Positions 27,016 through 40,901 are shown, numbered from the stretch's first letter. The stretch: DNA of 64,000 nucleotides from Octopus vulgaris (GCA_951406725.2 OX597836.1:9548001-9612000); one strand, 5' to 3'. The notes: a model not told the origin generated them from the sequence alone. Program-made: numbers and translations.

Positions 27016-28132
27016 ATATGAATATAGCTGTATGTGTGTGTGTATGCAAGTATATTTATTTCTGCTCCTCATGACCTTGCATTAGATTTGTAAATAATCA
27101 TCATCATCGTCATCATACAAGCAATGCCCTTTGTTTCCAATTTTCCATGCAGATATGCCCATCCATGGGGAATTATTACCATGGTTGGAAGCAGATAAGG
27201 TGTGGCGACAGAAAGGGCATTATGTCTTTGGAAAATCTGCCTCAGAGAATTCTATTTGACACATGCAAGCATGGAACAAAGGATGTTAAATATGATGATA
27301 AGTATTTATATGGTTAGGGCAGTGGACTCGCGGTCGTAGGATTGCGGTTTCGATTCTTGGACGGGGCGTTGTGAATGTTTACTGAACGAAAACACCTAAA
27401 GTTCCATGTAAGTCCTGCAGGGGGTGGGGGGTGGCAAACCCTGCTGTACTCTTCGCCACAACCATCTCACACTCTTTCTTCCTGTTTCTGTTGTACCTGT
27501 ATTTCAAAGGGGCCAGCCTTGCCACACTCTGTGTCACACTGAATCTCTCTGAGAACTACATTAAGGGTACAGGAGTCTGTGGAGTGCTCAGCCACTTGCA
27601 TGTAAATTTCAGAGCTGACTGTTCCGTTGGTCGGATCAACTGGAACCCACGTCGTCGTAACCGACAGAGTGCCATAACGATTTGGTTAGCTCTAGTATAA
27701 TGTACTTCCTCCAGGTCCAGCAATATGGTTTCAGACTGAGTTACCGGCTAAAAAAGTACAACTCCATAAGTTTCCATTTCTTGGCTTAATCCCACAAATA
27801 GTATTGTGGAGGAACAAAACTGAACCAACATAATACTACTACTACTAATAATAATAATAATCCTTTCTATCATTGGCACAAGGCCTGAAATTTTTTGGGG
27901 TAAGGGGCCAGTCGATTAGATTGACCCCAGTACACAACTGGTACTTAATTTATCGACCCCCGAAAGGATGAAAGGCAAAGTCGACCTTGGCAGAATTTGA
28001 AATCGGAATGTAGCGGCAGACGAAATACTGCCGAGTATTTTTCCCGGCATGCTAGCGATTCTGTCAGCTCGCCACCTTACTACTACTACTACTACTACTA
28101 CTAATAATAATAATAATAATAACAACAAAAAA

Positions 28133-28705
28133 AGCAAGACTTCCGCCCGTCCCCCCAATAACCACCCTTTTTAAAAATTTCTTTTTTTTTTTTTTTTTTC
28201 AACACAAACCCCACTTTTCGGCTACGGGGAATACGAATCTGCAAAAAAAATTGGCAAAAATTGGCATTTTTAAATTACCACCCCACCCCCATTTCCTTCA
28301 TTTTTTACCTTTTTCAGAATTTTTTTTTTCCAAAATATGCTGAAAAATACGGAAATTGTAATTCTGAAAGAAATTTCCCCAAAAATTGTTTTGTAAGAAT
28401 TTTTTCTTTTTCCAAATATGTGGAAAAATATGGACATTTATGATTCGGACAAAAATTTCAAAACATTTCTGTAGTTACAATTAGGGTTAGGGTTAGGGTT
28501 TTGGCTAGTGTTGTGGAAAAAAGTCAATGTTGAAGAATTCAGGGGTGGGAAAGAGGGGGGGATTTAACAATACAGATTTTTGGCAAAAAAAAATTTTTTA
28601 AATAAACAAATTTGGGAGAAAATGGGGAGTACGGGCGGAAGTCTTTACAAAAAAAGGCATTAGATGGGCGATGCATACCCTGTGCACACACAAGGTTAAA
28701 ATGAA
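28133..28705. mobile_element. Helentron-associated (HINE-like) element with internal TTAGGG repeats
   Basis: Asymmetric subterminal inverted repeat aagacttccgcccgt (28136) / acgggcggaagtctt (28631); (TTAGGG)3 near 28482-28500. Confidence 0.5.
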
Positions 28706-29550
28706 ATTTACCGGCTGAAACTGGCTCTGAGTACAAATGTCATGTTTCCAAAAGTTCTGAATTAAAATCTTCCACCAAACCTTAGTCACAATTTATGTTC
28801 AAAACACTAGCTGAATCGTAACTAAGTTATTTTACTAAGTCATTTGTTATATTTAAAATTAATTGAAGGAAACACAGAGCATCTCAACAGGAATATGGTA
28901 ACAAAAGGGTTAACAATTATTGAGAGTGAAACAGTTATTAGAGAGAAACAGGAATCACCACACAGGTCTTAATATATTATACTTCCATGTTGCTATGGTA
29001 ACAGTTAACCCTTTTGATACCAACCCAGCTGAAACCACCTCTGGCTCTGTAGTACAGATGTCTTGTTTTCGTCAGTTTTTAATTAAAACCATCCACCAAA
29101 CCTTAGTCACAATTTATGTTCCTAACACTATCTGAATGATAACTAAATTATTTTACTAAATTCTTTGTTATATTTAAAATTAATTGAAAGAAACACAGAG
29201 CATCTCAACAGGAATACGGATATGAAAGGGTTAACAATTATTGAGAGTGAAACAGTTATTAGAGAGAAACGGGAATCACCACACAGGTCTTAATATACTA
29301 TACTTCCAGGTCTTAATATACTATACTTCCATGATACCAACCCAGCTGAAACCACCTCTGGCTCTGTAGTACAAATGTTTTGTTTTCGTCAGTTTTGAAT
29401 TAAAATCTTCCACCAAACCTTAGTCACAATTTATGTTCATAACACTAGCTGAATCGTAACTAAGTTATTTTACTAAATTCTTTGTTATATTTAAAGTAAT
29501 CGAAAGGAACATTGAGCATCTCAAAATAAATACAGTAACGAAAGGGTTAA
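28705..29550. mobile_element. piggyBac-like MITE trimer with the same spacer
   Basis: Three units, with spacers at ~28913-29003 and ~29235-29330. Confidence 0.8.
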
Positions 29551-30112
29551 TAAATATTTTCTCAGACGAATTCATATTTCAACAAAATGACATCAAGAGT
29601 TATTTCCCCTGCTTATCGTTTCTGTAGAGAAAGGAAACATTTTGATTGACCCTTCCGCCTAGTTTTGAAGATAATCAAACGAAAATAATGGAATCGAGCC
29701 ACTCACACAATAAGTATTTCTCTCAAAATTGGTGAAAATACGTTCAACCGTTTTCCAATAATTTTGCAAACACAGACAAAGACGAGTGACTACAATATCC
29801 TGCTTTCGCTTATGCGTCACAGGGGGCTAATAATAATAATAATTTCAAATTTTGGCACAAGGCCAGCAATTTTGGTGGAGGGTGTGTGAGTCGATTACAT
29901 TGACCCCAGCACACAATTGATACTTTATTTTATCGACCCCGATAGGATAAAATGTAAAGTTGACCTCAGTGGAATTTGAACTCAGAACACGAAGACAGAC
30001 AAAAAACTGCGAAGCATTTGTACTTTGCCCAGTATGCTAATGATTCTACCAGCTTGCCATCTTACATAATAATAGTAATAATAATAATAATAAGAATAAT
30101 AGTAATAATAAT

Positions 30113-30600
30113 TCTTCTCTTTCTTCTTCTTCCTCCTCCTCTCCTTCCTTCTCCTTCTTCTTCCTCCTCCTCTCCTTCTCCTTCCTCCTCTTCTCCTTCC
30201 TCCTCCTCTCCTTCTCCTTCCTCCTCCTCTCCTTCTCCTTCTTCTTCCTCCTCTCCTCCTCTTCTCCTTCCTCCTCCTCCTCTTCTTCTTCTTCCTCCTC
30301 TTCTTCTTCCTCCTCTTCTTCTTCCTCCTCTTCTTCTTCTTCTTCCTCCTCCTCTTCTCTTCCTCCTCCTCCTCTTCTCCTCTTCTTCTTCCTCCTCCTC
30401 TTCCTCCTCCTCTTCCTCCTCCTCTTCCTCCTCCTCTTCTTCCTCCTCTTCTTCCTCCTCTTCTTCCTCCTCTTCTTCTTCTTCCTCCTCTTCTTCCTCC
30501 TCTTCTTCTTCTTCCTCCTCCTCCTCCTCCTCCTCCTCTTCTTCTTCTTCTTCTTCTTCTTCTTCTTCTTCTTCTTCCTCCTCCTCTCCTTCTTCTTTCT
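30113..30600. repeat. ~490-bp pure polypyrimidine (CTT/CCT)n tract
   Basis: Direct reading. Confidence 0.97.
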
Positions 30601-32426
30601 GCTATATGCACAAGGCGTGAAACTTCAGGGGTGGGCACTAGTCGATTACGTTGATCCCAGTGTGTAAGTCGTATTTTATTTTATTGACCCCCAAAAAGAT
30701 GAAAGGCAAAGTCAACCTCAGCAGAATCTGAACTCAGAACGTAAGGACAGATGAAATGCCACTAAGCATTTTGCCTGGCATGCTAACGATTCTGTCAGCT
30801 GACCTCCTTACATAAAAATGATAATATTAATTATCAGCTTTTGACTTACTGCAAAGAAAAAGTGTGAATGTACATTGAACAATTAGAAAAATAAACTGTT
30901 AACAGTAACAATAATCACAATTGTAAACATAGAATTCAACAGGAGTGGCTATGTGGTAAGTAGCTTGCTAACCAGACACATGGTTCCGGGTTCAGTCCCA
31001 CTGCGTGGCATCTTGGGCAAGTGTCTTCTGCTATAGCCTCGGGCCGACCAAAGCCTTGTGAGTGGATTTGGTAGACGGAAACTGAAAGAAGCCTGTCGTA
31101 TATATGTATATATATGTGTATATGTGTGTATGTGTGTGTGTTTGTGTTTGTCCCTCTAGCATCGCTTGACAACCGGTGCTGGTATGTTTACGTCCCCGTC
31201 ACTTAGCGGTTCGGCAAAAGAGACCGATAGAATAAGTACTGGGCTTACAAAGAATAAGTCTTGGGGTCGATTTGCTCGACTAAAGACACTGCTCCAGCAT
31301 GGCCGCAGTCAAATGACTGAAACAAGTAAAAGAGTAAAAGAGAGTAACTTTGTTCTTGCTTCTTGTTTATAACTTTTATCAAAACATGGAATGTTCTTTC
31401 TGATTCCAATCTGTTGCTCTACATGTGGATTCAGTTGATTCCTAGATTATTTTGTCTGAATCCAGATTCACAGAAGTACCTCATTGCAAATGGGATGAGG
31501 ATTCGGTTCTTCGTCAAAATGTTTTAACGCTTTGGCGTTGAAATTGCTCTGTCATAGGCATAGGAGTGGCTGTGTGGTAAGTAGCTTGCTTACGAACCAC
31601 ATGGTTCCGAGTTCAGTCCCGCTGCGTGGCACCTTGGGCAAGTGTCTTCTACTATAGCCTCAGGTTGACCAAAGCCTTGTGAGTGGATATGGTAGACGAA
31701 AACTGAAAGAAGCCCGTCGTATATATGTGTATATATATATATGTGTATGTATGTATGTGTGTGTGTGGGTGTATGTTTGTGTGACTGTGTTTGTCTCCCC
31801 AACATCACTTGACAACCGATGCTGGTGTGTTTACTTAGCAGTTTGGCAAAACAGACCGATAGAATAAGTACTAGGCATCCAAAGAATAAGTCCTGGGGTT
31901 GTTTTGCTCGACTAAAGGCAGTGCTCCAGCATGGCTGCAGTCAAATGACTAAAACAAGTAAAAGAGTAGTAGTAGCAGCAGCAGCCGTCCAAGAATTTGG
32001 ACCTGGAGATCTCCATTTCCAGCGATTGAGGGCCACCTCCCAGTGGTGTCAAGCGTCAACGAAGAGCCCTCGACTACAACAAGATGACCAAAGTTTTTTG
32101 GGTTTTTTTCCCCAAGGTCTGGGGTCTCCCGCCCCTAAGCCCTAGACCATCACCTAATCACCTTTACACCCCGTCTTGTTGCTTAACAACAACAATAACA
32201 GCAGCAGCAGCATAAGCAGCAGTATTAATAGTAGTCACAGTAGACGGGGGTCTTTGATTTCACTGAACCAATCAAGAATGTAGATTTAAAGTTGTTAGTA
32301 TTTGTCAGAGAAGCAATGACTAGAAAAGTGAATTTGTTACATAATGAAAAAAAAATACTGTAAATAATTCGATAAGAATCAGTCATGTAGGAAGTAGTAA
32401 AAAAAAACAGAACCTTTCTATTTCAG

Positions 32427-32739
32427 TTTACAGGAAGAATTGGTGAACATTGAAGTAAGAAATGGAGAATTACAAACCAAAGTGGAAGAATTGCTCACTG
32501 CTGAACGCCAACGAGAAAAGGCTGAAAGGCGCAAAACTATGAGCGTACCCAGCCTGCATGATATCAACTATGAAGATTTTTACCCGACTAGTTTCCCAAG
32601 TTGGAGTCATAACCAGTTTAAACAAGGCCTCCATCTAAATCCTTATGAAACAGAAATACGTAAACTACAAGACACCGTTAGAAACCTTAAAACGCAACAG
32701 GTTATTGAAAAACGGAAACGAGAGGATTTTGAAATTGAG
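32427..32739 (+). CDS. CDR2: CDR2-like exon (LQEELVNIEVRNGELQTKVEEL...IEKRKREDFEIE)
   Basis: Acceptor ctatttcag, donor gtaaaa, 313 nt. The phase fits (AC|T). Overlaps ORF 32440..32757; coiled-coil composition. Confidence 0.88.
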
Positions 32740-32799
32740 GTAAAAATTTACCTTTGATTACAATGTGTAACGAGATTTTTTGTGTTTTGTTTTAAAATA

Positions 32800-33290
32800 A
32801 TAATAATAATAATAATAATGAAGTTATTGTATACAGTGCTCAGGTGCACCACAACTTGTCAAAAGTGCGTATAAAGAATATGCAGTAATGTACAAATGTC
32901 TGGGATGTGTATGAGTCAGATACATGCTTGCTTGTGTGGATGGAGGGGAGAAAATCAGGTGTAGTGTTTGCGAATCTCAGGAAGCATGAAAGTTTTGAAG
33001 GATGCAGTGCTCCGACAACTAGCAACTGATGCCGGCAGTTTGTTCCATGCTTCGGCAACTCTTAGCGTGAAAAAATGTTTCCGAAAGTCATGGGAGCTGT
33101 GCTGTTTTCTGACATGTCCACGGGTGTTAGACAGGTGGAGTTTGAAAAGGTGCTCAGAGTTATTGTTTGTAAGATGGTTAATAATTTTATGAGTGTCTGC
33201 CAAGCCAGCTGCCAGATGTCGGAGTTTCAATTCAATGTATCCACGCCCAGGGAAGTAAGACGTTCAGAATATGGCAAATGCCTGATGGAG
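32800..33290 (-). mobile_element. CR1-like LINE 3' fragment in a CDR2 intron
   Basis: ORF 32955..33230 (HFFTLRVAEAWNKLP) and an (ATT)n tail. Confidence 0.82.
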
Positions 33291-33964
33291 GGTATTCTCT
33301 TGGTTGCATGTCTCTGGGTTTTTAAAGTCAGTAAGTGTTATTTCTTATTTATTTCTATCTAAAAATCAAAGGAGATGACTAACTATTCCCTTCAAACTCT
33401 GGACATCAATGATTCGAAACTGATCTATTATCCGTTACATTTCAGACAGATTCAGTATTGTGTTGTTGAAGCAGAAATATCATTTTAGCAACTAGTCTAA
33501 TCAGATTTGCTTGTCAGTTGCTTGACCATAACCACTTGAGCATGTCTATTAATGGCTGACAATATGTGTATCTCTGATGATGAGTAGGAGTAGTTGGGGA
33601 GCATCATAGCTATGTGTTGAGAGGGTTTCTATGGGGTTTGAATAAATGTAACGTAAGCAAAATTTGAAAGAAACATTATCCATTTTTCATACTTTCTATG
33701 GATAAGCAAATAGGAAATAACAGTTGCTCTCCAAGGACAAGAATTGTGGTCCACAATGTTATATAACTACGTAATACATATTTATTACTAACTCTGCTTT
33801 TATACCTAGCTTCAACAGTTTGATGGTGTTCATAGGCTATTTTTAGAAACTTTAACAACAAAATCTTATATTGCTCCTGCCATGGGTCATATGGACTCCA
33901 GTTGAGAGCCACTCATCTAATGGTTCTGCTAATATCTCTCTCACTAATACCTGTTGTGTTGTAG

Positions 33965-34189
33965 GTAGCTGTATTGATCCAAGACAATCAAAATCTGGAG
34001 GCCAAAGTTGAAGAATTGGAGAAGAGGCTGATGGACACAAACAAATTAGAGGCGGAACTGAAGCAGTTACAGCTACGATCCGAAAAGGTGTGTCGTCGTT
34101 GTGGTAATGAAATCAAACCATGTCTACCAGCTGGAGTCCTTGGCAAAGAAGTGGAGCATGACGAACCACAGATGACAAGTGAAGGCAAG
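33965..34189 (+). CDS. CDR2: CDR2-like exon (VAVLIQDNQNLEAKVEELEKRL...EPQMTSEGK)
   Basis: Acceptor gttgtag, donor gtgtgt, 225 nt, phase 0/0. Overlaps ORF 33974..34207. Confidence 0.85.
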
Positions 34190-34638
34190 GTGTGTACATC
34201 AAGCTAAGCTTTGTCAGGTGTAGTTTTGGTACAAATCTACAAGCATGAGATATTTTTGGTGATGCATATTTTCCATTGTCTTACTCAACATCCTCATCAT
34301 TCAATGTCTGTTGTCCATGCTGGCATGGGTTGGACAGTTTTACTAGGGCTGGTAAGCTGAGGGGCTGCACCAGACTCCAATCTGATTTAGCATGGTTTCT
34401 ACAATTGGATGCCCTTCCTAATGTAACGGGTTCTTTTATGTGTCACTGGCACAGGTGCCAGTTGCTTGACACTAGTATCTTCCATGACTACAATTTCACT
34501 TGGCTTGATGGGGTCTTCTCAAGCACAGTATATCACCAAAGGTCTGTCACTAGTCATTGCGTCTCTGAGGTCCAATAGTTGAAGATCATGCTTCACCACC
34601 TCATCCCATGTCTTCCTGGGTCTACCTCTCAGATGTTT

Positions 34639-35180
34639 TAACCCTTCCGTTACTGTGTTTATTTTGAGATGCTCCATATTTCTTTCAATTACTTTAAATA
34701 TAACAAAGAATTTAGTACAATAACTTAGTTATCATTAAGCTAGTGTTAGGAACGTAAATTGTGACTAAGGTTTGGTGGAAGATTTTAATTCAGAACTTTT
34801 GGAAACAAGACATTTATACTCAGACCCAGAGCCGGTTTCAGCCGGGTTGGTATCAAAAGGGTTAACTGTTACTATAGCAACATGGAAGTATAATATATTA
34901 AGACCTGTGTGGTGATTCCTGTTTCTCTCTAATAACCGTTTCACTCTCAATAATTGTTAACCCTTTTGTTACCATATTCCTGTTGAGATGCTCTGTGTTT
35001 CTTTCAATTAATTTTAAGTATAAGAAAGAATTTAGTAAAATAACTTAGTTATCATTCAGCTAGTGTTAGGAACATAAATTGTGACTAAGGTTTGGTGGAA
35101 TATTTTAATTCAAAACTTTTGAAAACAAGTCATTTGTACTACAGAGCCAGAGATGGTTTCAGCTGGGTTGGTATCAAAAC
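34639..35180. mobile_element. piggyBac-like MITE dimer, opposite orientation
   Basis: Reverse complement of the 15376-15920 arrangement, including the spacer. Confidence 0.8.
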
Positions 35181-36897
35181 GTGGTCCTTTGCTATTCGTA
35201 AGACCCACAGAAGAGAAAGCAGGTCAACCCCCGACACCGAGAGCATCGACGGATGGATGAATGCACATCCAGGCTCAGCGGTTGCGTAGGAAGTCGGGGA
35301 CAAGAAACAGGAAGAAAGAGTGAGAGAAAGTTGGGGTGAAAGAGTACAACAGGGGTTGCCACCACCCCCTGCTGGAGCCTTGGGGAGCTTTAGGTGTTTT
35401 CGCTCAATAAACACACACAACGCCCGGTCTGGGAATCGAAACCGCGAGTCGGCTGCCCTAACTAATGGGCCATTGCGCCTCCACTGTTGTCCATGCTGAC
35501 ATGGTTTAGATAGTTTGAATGGAACTAGTTAGCCAGAGAACTGTTAAAAAAGCAAAGTCATTGGACTGTGACCATACTGGAGCACCAGTTTGAAGGATTT
35601 AATTGGATGAATCAACCTTTTGAACCTGATGCTTATTCTATTGATCTTTTTGTTGAACTGCTAAGTTATAGTGACATAAACAAACCAACTCTGATTGTCA
35701 AGTGGCGGAAGGGATAAACACACACATACACACAAAAGAGGCCAATAAAATATGTACCAGGCTTTTTAAAAAATGATGTACTAGGGTCAATACATTCAAA
35801 CTAAAAATTCTTCAAGGCGGTGCCCCAGCATGGCTGCAGCCTGGTGACTGGGCCAAGTAAAAGATAAAAGAAATATATATTTATACATGTGACGTACATG
35901 ACTCAATAGGTCTCTGTATAGTGACCCGCTGTGCTTGAGGAAACCTATTGAGTCAAGTACATCAACATCAAAATAAGAATCAAATGGAAATTCTAGTTAT
36001 GATACCCGTGCCGGTGGCACGTAAAGAGCACCATCTGAATGTGGCAAATGTCAGCGCCGCCTGGCTGGCGTCCGTGTCGGTGACACGTAAAAAGCACCAA
36101 CCGATCGTGGCCGTTTGCCAGCCTCTTCTGGCCGCTTACGAAGGGCATCCAGCTGTAGAAACACTGCCAGATCAGACTGGAGCCTGGTGGAGCCTCCTGG
36201 CTTCCTAGACCCTGGTTGAGCTGTCCAGCCCATGCTAGCATGGAAAGCAGACATGATGATGACAGGCTTTGGTTGGCGTAGGAATATAGTGGAAGACACT
36301 TGCCCAAGGTGCGTTGCAGTGGGACTGAACCTGGAACTGTGTAGTTGGAAAGCAAACTTCTTATCATGCAGTCATGCCTGCATATTACTCCTTTATTTGT
36401 TTCAGTCATTTGACTGCGGCCATGCTGGAGCACCGCCTTTAGTCGAGCAAATTGACCCCTGGACTTATTCTTTGGAAGCCTAGTACTTATTCTATCGGTC
36501 TCTTTTGATGAACCGCTAAGTTACAAGGACGTAAACACGCCAGCATCGGTTGTCAAGCGATGTTGGGGGGACAAACATATACACACACTTACATACATAT
36601 ATATACATATATATGATGGGCTTCTTTCAGTTTCCGTCTACCAAATCCACTCACAAGGCATTGGTTGGCCCGAGGCTGTAGTAGAAGACACTTGCTCAAG
36701 GTGCCATGCAGTGGGACTGAACCCAGAACCATGTGGTTGGTAAGCAAGCTACTTACCACACGGCCACTCCGGCACCTATATTAGACCAATTTTCTTGTAT
36801 TAGATGCTGTAAAGTTTTTCTCTGTTTTACCAAATTCCAAACCAGTGTTCCTGAATCTAAAGTTGTTATTTTCGTTTCCTTTTCTATTTTTCTGCAG

Positions 36898-37419
36898 GTT
36901 GCACGTTTAGAGGATGGTGGCAGTGTGTATGGCAGTAATGAATCTATTCACAAAGTCCTAATGGAAACTCGGGAACAACTGTCAGGCAACGGTGTACAGT
37001 CCAATGTCTCCATTCTCAGTGAGCTCGAGTCACAGTACTACGCTCTATGTCAAAAATACGAGTCTCTCCTGCAGCACAAGTTGCGGAGACCTCGATCAGG
37101 TACAGACTTTGATGAAGATGAAGCCGACAGGAATTTCCGTGTTTCGCACAAGGAAGTGCAGACCCTCCTTGTAAACCTGCATCGCTGTGTCGAGGTGAAT
37201 ACAGACGTTGGAGACTCCACGACAAGCCCACCACCTTATCGGTCCCTTTTCAAAGACATCTTTGCCACCCTGCGCAAGTCTCGAATCGAAGAGTCCCCAG
37301 AACAGCAGCCGGCGCCCACTGCAAATCAGGGCTCACAGCAATCAAAATCAGCCACTGGAACACCGATAACCACTCCCATAACAGAAGACAACCCAATGAC
37401 AAAGAGCGCTCATGCATGA
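36898..37419 (+). CDS. CDR2: CDR2-like terminal coding exon (to TGA)
   Basis: Acceptor ttttctgcag. Contains SILSELESQYYALCQKYESLL, SHKEVQT and SPPPYRSLFKDIFATLRKSR, which match CDR2 C-terminal motifs SLLHEVDTQYSALKVKYEELL, SHKAVQT and PPEYKALFKEIF (recalled). Confidence 0.92.
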   Translation, partial: VARLEDGGSVYGSNESIHKVLMETREQLSGNGVQSNVSILSELESQYYALCQKYESLLQHKLRRPRSGTDFDEDEADRNFRVSHKEVQTLLVNLHRCVEVNTDVGDSTTSPPPYRSLFKDIFATLRKSRIEESPEQQPAPTANQGSQQSKSATGTPITTPITEDNPMTKSAHA

Positions 37420-38504
37420 AAATATATGGATAAATAGGAAACCTATTAAAAACTGCTCAATATCTTATTTTATGTTATTTTTCTTGCAGCAACCTACAAA
37501 CCATGATGGAAGAGTTCTTTGTTAACATCATGTTTGTAAAATCCTATTTTGTACAGTTCGATGATGATTTTCATCAACAGGTGTCGTATTTAATATACAT
37601 TTGTTCTGCTGGGTTTGAACTGCTAGAACTTAGTGATAAGACCATTGAAACTACTACCCTCCCCCATGTGAAGTAAAGATACAGAGGTTCAATCCCTGCC
37701 CAATCATATGTATATAAGAATTATGGATCCTGGTTATAGAGCAATGAAATTGTTTTAAATGTAATATTTTAGACACACAGATGATAAGGCTAATATTTCA
37801 TCGATTTTGATAAACTTGTCTAATTAGATTAAATGTTTTAAACCACAGAGTCTTGTTGACCTTCAGGTAAACTGATGAGGTTCACGGCATGCATGTGCAT
37901 TACAGGTGATGCATTTCACACACTATGTTATTTCTATAGTCTTAACTTGGTTTATACATTTCCTTTGTCTTCTGAAAACACAACTCCACTCTTAAATTTC
38001 AATGGTCTCCAGTGACTTTACACAATATCTTTACTCAACTACTTTATTGGCAAATATGTGTGCATGTATTTTGCTTTTTGTTCTTCAAAACAAAGAATGT
38101 GCGTTCCAATATATACTTGCATTAGAGGCGTTTATACGAACGCCTTCTGTCTTTTCTCTTTCCAAAGAAAATATTTCTCCCAGCATTCACCATTTTCCCC
38201 TCATTCTGGTCCAATGACCCTTCATGTTTGTTTTTCATTCAGTTTCCTTGTATGTCTCCACTGTCCTGTTTTTTGTTTCCAACTTCGACCCTCCATATTT
38301 TGGTATTTATGGGAGCAACTGCCTTCGAAGTCTCATATTGTCGTTGAATGCTCGAAATGAGGAGTAGATAGACAGCTGACAACTGATGAAGGGTCCTTTC
38401 CCTGTGTTTATTTGTCCTGTTCTCCATTTTTTTTCTTGTTGTTTGTGTATTCAACTCATTTGTTTTTGTACTTCATGTTGTTTACAGTTGGTGATGTCCT
38501 GTAA

Positions 38505-38565
<61 letters not shown>

Positions 38566-38737
38566 CTGTGTGGTAAGTAGCTTGCTTACCAACCATATGG
38601 TTCTGGGTTCAGTCCCACTGCGTGCCACCTTTGGCAAGTGTCTTCTACTATAGCCTTGGGCCAATCAAAGCCTTGTGAGTGGATTTGGTAGACGGAAACT
38701 GAAAGAAGCTGGTCATATATATGTGTGTGTATGTGTC

Positions 38738-38792
<55 letters not shown>

Positions 38793-39301
38793 GTTGTGTG
38801 TCTGTGTTTGTCCCAACAACATTGCTTGACAACCAATGTTGGTGTGTTTACGTTCCCATAACTTAGCGGTTCAGCAAAAGAAACCGATAGAATAAGTACT
38901 AGGCTTACAAAGAATAAGACCTGGGGTCGATTTTCTCGACTAAAGGCGCGGCTCCAGCATGGCCGTAGTCAAATGATTGTAACAAGTAAAAGAATTGATA
39001 CTTATTCAGTATATTACTCATGTGTGTGTGAGGGCACCTGGCCCTGTGGTTAAGGTGCTGCACTCATGAGGTCTAGGTTGTAGTTTCAGTTTCCAGACTG
39101 AGTGGTGCATTGTGCTTTTGAGCAAAACACTTCATTTCATGTTACTCCAGTCCACTCAGCTGTAAGTGGATCATCCTGTGATAGATTAGTCTTCTGACGA
39201 GGAGGGAATGTTGGCCTGCTCACCCAGCCGGAAGGGCGGCATCATTTGAAAGCTAGAATGATGCAGAGCAACATCATCTAAGGGTTTGGTCAATCACACA
39301 C

Positions 39302-39372
39302 ATATATGTATGTATATATATATATATGTATGTATATATATATATATGTATGTATATATATATATATGTATG

Positions 39373-39438
<66 letters not shown>

Positions 39439-39632
39439 TGTATGTATATATATATATATGTATGTATATATATATATATGTATGTATATATATATATATG
39501 TATGTATATATATATATGTATGTATATATATATATATGTATGTATATATATATATATATATGTATATATATGTATATATATATGTATGTATATATATATG
39601 TATGTATATATATATATTGTATATATATATGT

Positions 39633-39686
<54 letters not shown>

Positions 39687-39754
39687 GTATATATATATAT
39701 GTATGTATGTATATATATATGTATGTATATATATATATTGTATATATATATATG

Positions 39755-39807
<53 letters not shown>

Positions 39808-39983
39808 TATATATGTATATATATATATGTATATGTATATATATATGTATGTATATATATATATGTATATATATATGTATGTATATATATATATGTATAT
39901 ATATATGTATATATATATATATGTATATATATGTATGTATATATATATGTATGTATATATATATATGTATATATATATGTATG

Positions 39984-40072
<89 letters not shown>

Positions 40073-40235
40073 TTATGTATGTATGTATATATGTATGTAT
40101 GTATGTATATATGTATGTTTGTGTATGTATGTATGTATGTTTGTGTATGTATGTATATATGTATGTTTGTATATGTATGTATGTATATATATATGTGGGT
40201 ATGTATATATATATGTAGGTATGTATATATGTATG

Positions 40236-40271
<36 letters not shown>

Positions 40272-40853
40272 GGTATGTATGTATATATATATGTAGGTAT
40301 GTATATATATATGTAGGTATGTATATATATATATATGTTTGTATGTATGTATATATGTATATATATATATGTATGTATATATGTGTATGTATATATGTAT
40401 ATATATATATATATATATGTATGTATATATGTATGTATATATATGTATGTTTGTATATGTGTGTATATATACATATATATATATATAAACGTAAAAGACT
40501 TTTTCTATTCCTGAGCGTTATACTAATACATCTGTTTGTTTTGTACACCACCTGTCTTCGTCTTTCGTTTTTTACGTAAACTCTCCCTATATATATATAT
40601 GTATGTATATATATATATATATATATATAGATGATGATGATGATATATATATATATATATGTGTGTGTATATGTATATATGTGTGTGTGTGTATATGTAT
40701 ATATGTGTGTGTGTGTATATGTATATATATGTGTGTATATGTATATATATGTATATATGTATATATATGTATATATATATGTATATGTATATATATATAT
40801 GTATATATAGATGTATATATATATGTATATATAGATGTATATATATATATGTG

Positions 40854-40900
<47 letters not shown>
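39302..40900. repeat. Very long compound (TA)n/(TATG)n microsatellite
   Basis: Direct reading; interrupted at ~40487-40590 by a pLTR-like fragment. Confidence 0.97.

Positions 40901-40901
<1 letters not shown>

Noticed and set aside
28482-28500. (TTAGGG)3 as a telomere or fusion relic (also 43250-43260)
   Set aside because: Very short and internal to transposon-derived elements.
29976-30638. Ser/Pro-rich and Arg/Gly-rich ORFs
   Set aside because: Translations of the (CTT/CCT)n tract.
36733-36897. N-terminal part of ORF 36733..37419
   Set aside because: SINE-derived and intronic; the coding exon starts after the acceptor at 36898.
37872-37900. CTGATGAGG as a hammerhead core in the CDR2 3' region
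   Set aside because: No matching stem II partner or GAAA found downstream.
39274-40579. Long ORFs of 310-425 aa (YI/IY-rich)
   Set aside because: Translations of (TA)n/(TATG)n microsatellite that lacks stop codons; not genes.
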